From positions 1 through 22,786 of the IMG/VR virus record IMGVR_UViG_2547132281_000007: a stretch of 22,786 nucleotides of DNA. One strand, written 5' to 3'. Both the position numbers and the translations under genes were made by a program. Of the stretch, positions 18,518-22,786 are shown piece after piece; positions within the stretch are counted from its first letter, which is position 1; each line of letters starts with the position of its first letter. The notes beneath the pieces are model-generated. The model had not been told where the DNA came from, searched no databases, and saw nothing but the letters and a program-made list of their open reading frames with translations. The DNA comes from a virus. Lineage: Duplodnaviria; Heunggongvirae; Uroviricota; Caudoviricetes.

Positions 18518-18756
18518 TAGTGGATCTCCTGCGCTTCGTTCTGGATTGCTTCAGCAGTTACACGCAATAGTTCTGCTGCTTCGACGTGGTTTAGCTGGCG
18601 GGATGTGATATGACACGCCAGGCTATCAAGGCGAGCTGCCATTGCTTCAGCCCTTGCCCGGCGTTCTTCCAGACGAGTCTCTGTCAGTAAAATATTAAGC
18701 CCAGCATCATCCGGTCCGGTTTTAGTCGTGAGGGTTTCAATATTACGCATAATCAA
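18517..18756 (-). CDS. hypothetical phage early protein
   Basis: 79-aa ORF in operon context, its start overlapping the upstream gene arrangement; no recognisable motif. Confidence 0.45.
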   Translation of the reverse strand: MIMRNIETLTTKTGPDDAGLNILLTETRLEERRARAEAMAARLDSLACHITSRQLNHVEAAELLRVTAEAIQNEAQEIH

Positions 18757-18817
18757 TTCTCCTGAATTTAGATAAAGGGATACCCGGCGGGTTTACGCCA
18801 TTAATTTCATTAGTTGG

Positions 18818-19159
18818 TTAATTCGGCATGGTTAGCCGTCTGGGAAATAAGCTCACCACTGCACGAAAATGATTCATTGCTTTAATCAACTCCCGCTTTT
18901 CGTCAGTGGTCAGCTCATTAATGCTGATGCTATGACGTTCAGCTGGAATTTTTGCCATAAAGAATATAGCAGCCAGTGCCCGTTTATTTTGTTCGTTATT
19001 GATATCCCGTGGATCACGCATATCTTTAATAAACCGCTCAAGCTCTGACTCAATATTCAGGCCAAATACTTTCGCCCTTAACTCCGCAATGTGATTAAGT
19101 CCATTCAGGCGTTCACCGGGGCTTAATGGAACAGTCGCCGCAGCGCTTTCAATAGCCAT
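18818..19159 (-). CDS. hypothetical phage early protein
   Basis: 113-aa ORF on the early-operon strand with a GGGGA-type RBS; no recognisable motif. Confidence 0.4.
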   Translation of the reverse strand: MAIESAAATVPLSPGERLNGLNHIAELRAKVFGLNIESELERFIKDMRDPRDINNEQNKRALAAIFFMAKIPAERHSISINELTTDEKRELIKAMNHFRAVVSLFPRRLTMPN

Positions 19160-19241
19160 TTATGCATCCCCACAACACATCTACTAAAAAATTTTTGATA
19201 TGATCCATTACCAACATATTGATAGCTAGAAGGAATCATCA

Positions 19242-19490
19242 ATGTTGAACCCGGTTGAAAGAGAGCGTATAGAGCAACTTGAAAACGAGATCTCCAGTCT
19301 TCGCGATGAGGTTGCTGTTCAACGAATTCTTGTTTCAGGTCTGATCCACTCCTTATTTCGAACTGACTCAGCAAATCAATCAGCATTTTTTGAGCTCCTC
19401 CGCGAAGAATTAAACAAACTTCCTTTAGGTTCGGTTAAACAACAAGAATTCACTCATCTGATACAGACACTGATAGATCGTTACCGATAA
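19242..19490 (+). CDS. hypothetical small coiled-coil protein (opposite strand inside early region)
   Basis: 82-aa ORF with an AGGAA RBS 8 nt upstream of the ATG and heptad-like sequence (ERERIEQLENEISSLRDEVAVQRIL). The overlapping minus-strand ORF 19123..19386 is low-complexity and less protein-like. Confidence 0.4.
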   Translation: MLNPVERERIEQLENEISSLRDEVAVQRILVSGLIHSLFRTDSANQSAFFELLREELNKLPLGSVKQQEFTHLIQTLIDRYR

Positions 19491-19705
19491 ATATTTCGCC
19501 GATAACGTTCAAGAGGTGATGTCTTTATACGCATCACTTCTTGTACTTTTTCACCACGTATAAAGGTTCCATCCTTTAGCGTGAAAAAGTAGCTACCATC
19601 GCCCGACAACGACGGATAGCAACTGAGCAAATCATCTTCAGGTACTGAATAATTCTCCCCTCTGTAACGAAAGTGATAAACCACTTCATTTTCTGCCGCA
19701 TACAT
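19481..19705 (-). CDS. hypothetical protein
   Basis: 74-aa ORF (MYAAENEVVYHFRYRGENYSVPEDD...) overlapping the 3' part of ORF 19576..19872 in another frame; only one of the two is likely to be real over the shared region. Confidence 0.3.
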   Translation of the reverse strand: MYAAENEVVYHFRYRGENYSVPEDDLLSCYPSLSGDGSYFFTLKDGTFIRGEKVQEVMRIKTSPLERYRRNIYR

Positions 19706-19872
19706 TTGGACTTTCTCCGTTTCCTCGTGGTCAATTCAGACAGCAATTCATCTTGTGAACGGCACGGATGCCAGCGTTTACCATCCTCACCCATGATCCA
19801 GCCGTGACCGTAGTGCATTGCCGGGCTTTGTTTTACCAGCAGCGATGCAAATGATGGTTCTTTCGTCAGCAT
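19576..19872 (-). CDS. hypothetical early protein downstream of cII (186 fil/dhr position)
   Basis: Internal ATG at 19872 just downstream of the cII stop (MLTKEPSFASLLVK...). The C-terminal third looks low-complexity, so a frameshift or the overlapping ORF may be the true reading. Confidence 0.3.
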   Translation of the reverse strand: MLTKEPSFASLLVKQSPAMHYGHGWIMGEDGKRWHPCRSQDELLSELTTRKRRKSKCMRQKMKWFITFVTEGRIIQYLKMICSVAIRRCRAMVATFSR

Positions 19873-19879
19873 AAGCACC

Positions 19880-20395
19880 TCACAGCAAACCGAATGAAGC
19901 ACCGAGGCCAGTCACGGTATCAACCGCACTCGCCATCGCAGGATTAGCCTGTAAACGGGCCTGCAATGAAACAGCAGCCAGCGCCATCAGTCGTGTAACA
20001 GAGTTAATGCTGCTGATCGCATCACGACGGCCTGCACTGGTTTTTACATCGCCAGAAACCGCACCTGCCGCGACACGCCCTATCTCTGCAGTTGCACTCA
20101 TGACGTAATGTGGCAGTTTCTCTTTTGCCACCTCATTAATCGGTACACATGGCAGACAATGAATCTGTGCCAGAAAACCATCTACCAGCGTTGAATCTTC
20201 AGTCAGATCGGTAAGCAGCCAGATTTCTGGTGCGGTTAATAGATGAGGCTGAGCTGGGTTCAGCTTGTTCCGCAGAATCTGCACATTCATGCCTGCACGT
20301 TCTGCCAGTTGCACCAGATTGTGGCGCAGTGCAAATGCACGACAGGCTTCATCAAAATGTGGATGTTTGGAAACTTGGTAATCAAACATGGTCAA
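19880..20395 (-). CDS. cII: CII-like lysogeny establishment protein (phage 186 type)
   Basis: 171-aa ORF; [24 protein letters not shown]...[17 protein letters not shown]...[22 protein letters not shown] recalled as near-identical to phage 186 CII. The true start may be the third codon. Confidence 0.85.
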   Translation of the reverse strand: MTMFDYQVSKHPHFDEACRAFALRHNLVQLAERAGMNVQILRNKLNPAQPHLLTAPEIWLLTDLTEDSTLVDGFLAQIHCLPCVPINEVAKEKLPHYVMSATAEIGRVAAGAVSGDVKTSAGRRDAISSINSVTRLMALAAVSLQARLQANPAMASAVDTVTGLGASFGLL

Positions 20396-20421
20396 TGCCT
20401 CTGATGTATTTCAGAATCGAA

Positions 20422-20643
20422 CTAACTAAGGTTTAGATTGCATTCTGAAAGCGCATCAACGGTCATGGCTGCTATGTTGATCATCACTTTTTCGCGTTTT
20501 TTATCTTTGCGCAAACGGTGACGGATAAGGCGTCCGTCAGCCAACATGTCATTGATGGTATCGATGGACAGCCCTGTCAGCTCGCTATAGCGCTCAATAG
20601 TCACATGAGGCGTGGTAAGAGTGATTGAAATGTTAGGTCTCAT
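20422..20643 (-). CDS. Apl/Cox-like excisionase and transcriptional regulator
   Basis: 73-aa basic ORF with an HTH-like segment, first gene of the early operon and divergent from the repressor, as apl in 186 or cox in P2. Confidence 0.65.
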   Translation of the reverse strand: MRPNISITLTTPHVTIERYSELTGLSIDTINDMLADGRLIRHRLRKDKKREKVMINIAAMTVDALSECNLNLS

Positions 20644-20688
20644 GATGCAACATTCCTCGTTTAATGATGATTAATCAGGACGAATACG

Positions 20689-20726
20689 GATCGTTTGTAT
20701 TTTGTGAACACCATAAACATACGATC
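20689..20726. promoter_or_regulatory. candidate repressor operator in the lysis/lysogeny switch region
   Basis: Imperfect inverted repeat GATCGTTTGTAT ... ATAAACATACGATC centred near 20708, in the 119-bp region between the divergent apl and cI genes. Confidence 0.35.
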
Positions 20727-20768
20727 GCACAATGAAATCGTCAAGATAAAAGTTCACTTGGAGTGACC

Positions 20769-21338
20769 ATGAATTTGGAGAAAGGCGGACGAGGCGCTAT
20801 AGAGCGCATGGTAGAAGCTTATGGATTCAAAACTCGACAGGCGTTGTGCGATCATTTAGGAATCTCTAAAAGTACACTCGCCACACGCTACATGCGTGAC
20901 TCATTCCCAGCAGAATGGGTAATCCAGTGCGCCCTTGAAACGGGCACCTCGCTTAATTGGCTCACAACCGGACATGGTTCAAAGCAAACTTCAGGTAATA
21001 CAAATACTATGGAAGTTGCTAAATATGTATTATCTGATGGTGCCTTGCGTGAAGACGGTTTTTATATTTTTGATAAGGGATTTCTACCCTCTACGTTTAA
21101 AAAACCTTTTGTCATCACAGATAACAATTCTGAATTTATTTGTGATAAAGAATTTGATGATATACGTGATGGTAAATGGGTAATAAGTATTGATGGCGAA
21201 GTAACGATCCGTGACATTACTCGTTTACCCGGTGGAAGAATCTTCGTCGAGGGTGGAAACAGAGCCTTCGAATGTAAGATAGAAGACATTGAAATAATTG
21301 GTAAAATTATAAGTTTAACAGTCAAGTATGTTAAATAG
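20769..21338 (+). CDS. cI: CI immunity repressor (phage 186 type)
   Basis: About 190 aa; ...VEAYGFKTRQALCDHLGISKSTLATRYMRD...CALETGTSLNWLTTGHG... has an N-terminal HTH and a 186 CI-like C-terminal domain (186 CI recalled as 192 aa). ATG at 20769 has a GGAG RBS; an in-frame GTG at 20763 is the alternative start. Confidence 0.85.
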   Translation: MNLEKGGRGAIERMVEAYGFKTRQALCDHLGISKSTLATRYMRDSFPAEWVIQCALETGTSLNWLTTGHGSKQTSGNTNTMEVAKYVLSDGALREDGFYIFDKGFLPSTFKKPFVITDNNSEFICDKEFDDIRDGKWVISIDGEVTIRDITRLPGGRIFVEGGNRAFECKIEDIEIIGKIISLTVKYVK

Positions 21339-21353
21339 TACCGGGAGGAAACT

Positions 21354-21545
21354 ATGCTTGGTAAGGTATTTTTTGTGGTTTTGTCATGTTCTTTGTTATT
21401 AAACCCACTAACTACCTATGCTAGAAATTATCCCTGCTCAGGGAAAAAGGGAGGTGTTTCTCACTGTACCTCAGATGGCAAATTCGTTTGCAATGATGGA
21501 ACTATTAGTAAATCCAAAAAAATCTGTACTAAAAACTCACGATAA
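21354..21545 (+). CDS. small secreted cysteine-rich protein (moron between cI and int)
   Basis: 63-aa ORF with a strong GGGAGG RBS, a predicted signal peptide ([23 protein letters not shown]) and a 40-aa mature region with 4 Cys and many Lys; AT-rich. Confidence 0.45.
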   Translation: MLGKVFFVVLSCSLLLNPLTTYARNYPCSGKKGGVSHCTSDGKFVCNDGTISKSKKICTKNSR

Positions 21546-21733
21546 CTTTTGCTTTTATATCTGCGTCTAAAATAAAAATGAGCCGCAGGTTAACCGCAAA
21601 AGTTACATGCTCACATAGCAAAAAGAATAGCCAACTTCATTATGGCTTCAGTGAGATGTATGGTCGTAGGATTTCATACATTGACACTGGTTATACATAC
21701 AGTAAAAATGCTCTCTACTGGAGGGCATTTTTT

Positions 21734-22786
21734 ATGGCAGTACGAAAACTCACCACAGGGAAATGGCTTTGCGAATGTTACCCCGCCGGACGAAGTGGGC
21801 GTCGTGTGCGTAAACAATTCGCCACCAAAGGCGAAGCTCTGGCTTTTGAGCGTCACACTATGGAAGAAACCGAATCAAAGCCATGGCTGGGCGAATCAGT
21901 GGATCGTCGAACCCTGAAAGACGTGGTTGAGCTATGGTTCAAACTACATGGTAAATCTCTGACTGCTGGGCAGCATGTCTATGACAAATTGCTGCTGATG
22001 GTTGACGCTCTGGGCAATCCTCTTGCAACCGATCTCACCTCTAAAATGTTTGCCCACTATCGAGATAAACGCCTAACAGGCGAGATCTACTTCAGCGAGA
22101 AATGGAAGAAAGGAGCAAGCCCGGTCACCATTAACCTGGAGCAAAGCTATCTAAGTAGTGTTTTTAGCGAACTATCCCGTCTGGGCGAATGGTCGTATCC
22201 GAACCCACTGGAGAACATGCGAAAATTCACCATCGCAGAAAAAGAGATGGCATGGCTTACCCATGAGCAGATTGTTGAATTACTGGCTGATTGCAAACGT
22301 CAGGACCCAATTCTAGCACTGGTAGTTAAGATATGCTTAAGCACAGGCGCACGCTGGCGAGAAGCCGTAAATCTTACTCGTTCACAGGTGACCAAATACC
22401 GAATTACCTTTGTAAGAACGAAGGGGAAGAAAAACAGAAGCATCCCTATCAGTAAAGAGCTTTACGAAGAGATCATGGCGCTTGATGGGTTCAATTTCTT
22501 CACAGACTGCTATTTTCAATTTTTATCCGTGATGGAAAAAACGTCTATCGTGCTCCCTCGCGGCCAACTCACACACGTTCTGCGCCATACGTTTGCGGCG
22601 CACTTCATGATGTCGGGTGGAAACATTCTGGCCTTACAAAAAATTCTCGGACACCACGATATAAAAATGACTATGCGTTACGCACATCTGGCACCGGATC
22701 ATCTGGAAACAGCGCTCCGTTTCAATCCTCTGGCAACGCTGCCAAGTGGCGACAAAGTGGCGGCAGCGGTTGGCATTACCCCGTAA
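21734..22786 (+). CDS. int: tyrosine integrase (P2/186 Int family)
   Basis: 350 aa from MAVRKLTTGKW (recalled P2 Int starts MAIKKLDDGRY), with catalytic residues in context: ARWREA (Arg), HVLRHTFA (His-x-x-Arg) and MRYAHL (Tyr). The stop codon is the last three bases of the window. The annotated upstream extension to 21578 is unlikely. Confidence 0.9.
   Translation: MAVRKLTTGKWLCECYPAGRSGRRVRKQFATKGEALAFERHTMEETESKPWLGESVDRRTLKDVVELWFKLHGKSLTAGQHVYDKLLLMVDALGNPLATDLTSKMFAHYRDKRLTGEIYFSEKWKKGASPVTINLEQSYLSSVFSELSRLGEWSYPNPLENMRKFTIAEKEMAWLTHEQIVELLADCKRQDPILALVVKICLSTGARWREAVNLTRSQVTKYRITFVRTKGKKNRSIPISKELYEEIMALDGFNFFTDCYFQFLSVMEKTSIVLPRGQLTHVLRHTFAAHFMMSGGNILALQKILGHHDIKMTMRYAHLAPDHLETALRFNPLATLPSGDKVAAAVGITP

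Larger units (their letters stand above)
2780..22786. mobile_element. defective P2/186-family prophage (attR side near 2.6-2.85 kb; attL beyond window end)
   Basis: Collinear P2-like gene order (ogr-D-U ... H-I-J-W ... P-Q ... A ... cII-apl-cI-int) with a 186-type lysogeny module. Capsid, lysis and tail sheath/tube/tape-measure genes are absent. Exact ends are not determinable from the window. Confidence 0.85.

Noticed and set aside
19123-19386. Minus-strand 87-aa ORF overlapping the plus-strand coiled-coil ORF
   Set aside because: Its translation ends in low-complexity sequence and it lacks an RBS; the plus-strand ORF is the better-supported reading, though neither is certain.
1-22786. CRISPR arrays, rRNA or tRNA genes, IS elements
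   Set aside because: No regularly spaced direct repeats, no rRNA or tRNA-like structures and no transposase-like ORFs with terminal inverted repeats were seen anywhere in the window.

Overview
The window opens with enterobacterial core genes (grxA, ybjM, ybjL; E. coli-like) and from about 2.8 kb to the window end is a defective P2/186-family prophage. Reading right to left it runs: integrase (ends at the window edge; attL is outside), 186-type CI repressor, Apl/Cox, CII, small early ORFs, TraR-like zinc finger, Dam methylase, replication protein A, a LexA-box-controlled tum/DinI-like module, an AT-rich DUF2971-like cargo gene, a cos-like site, an AT-rich 2-TM membrane cargo gene, portal Q, a truncated terminase P, then the tail genes W-J-I-H-G, an orphan inverted tail-fibre cassette, U, D and ogr beside ybjL. 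Two internal deletions are inferred: one removed most of the spike gene V, lysis and capsid genes and the 5' half of P; the other removed FI/FII/E/T and probably an invertase. The best candidate for an undescribed system is the pair of AT-rich cargo genes on either side of cos (12936-14054 and 11534-12718), which sit at the P2 old/tin position where anti-phage cargo is typically found. All assignments rest on reading the translations and DNA by eye and recalling the families; no searches were run.
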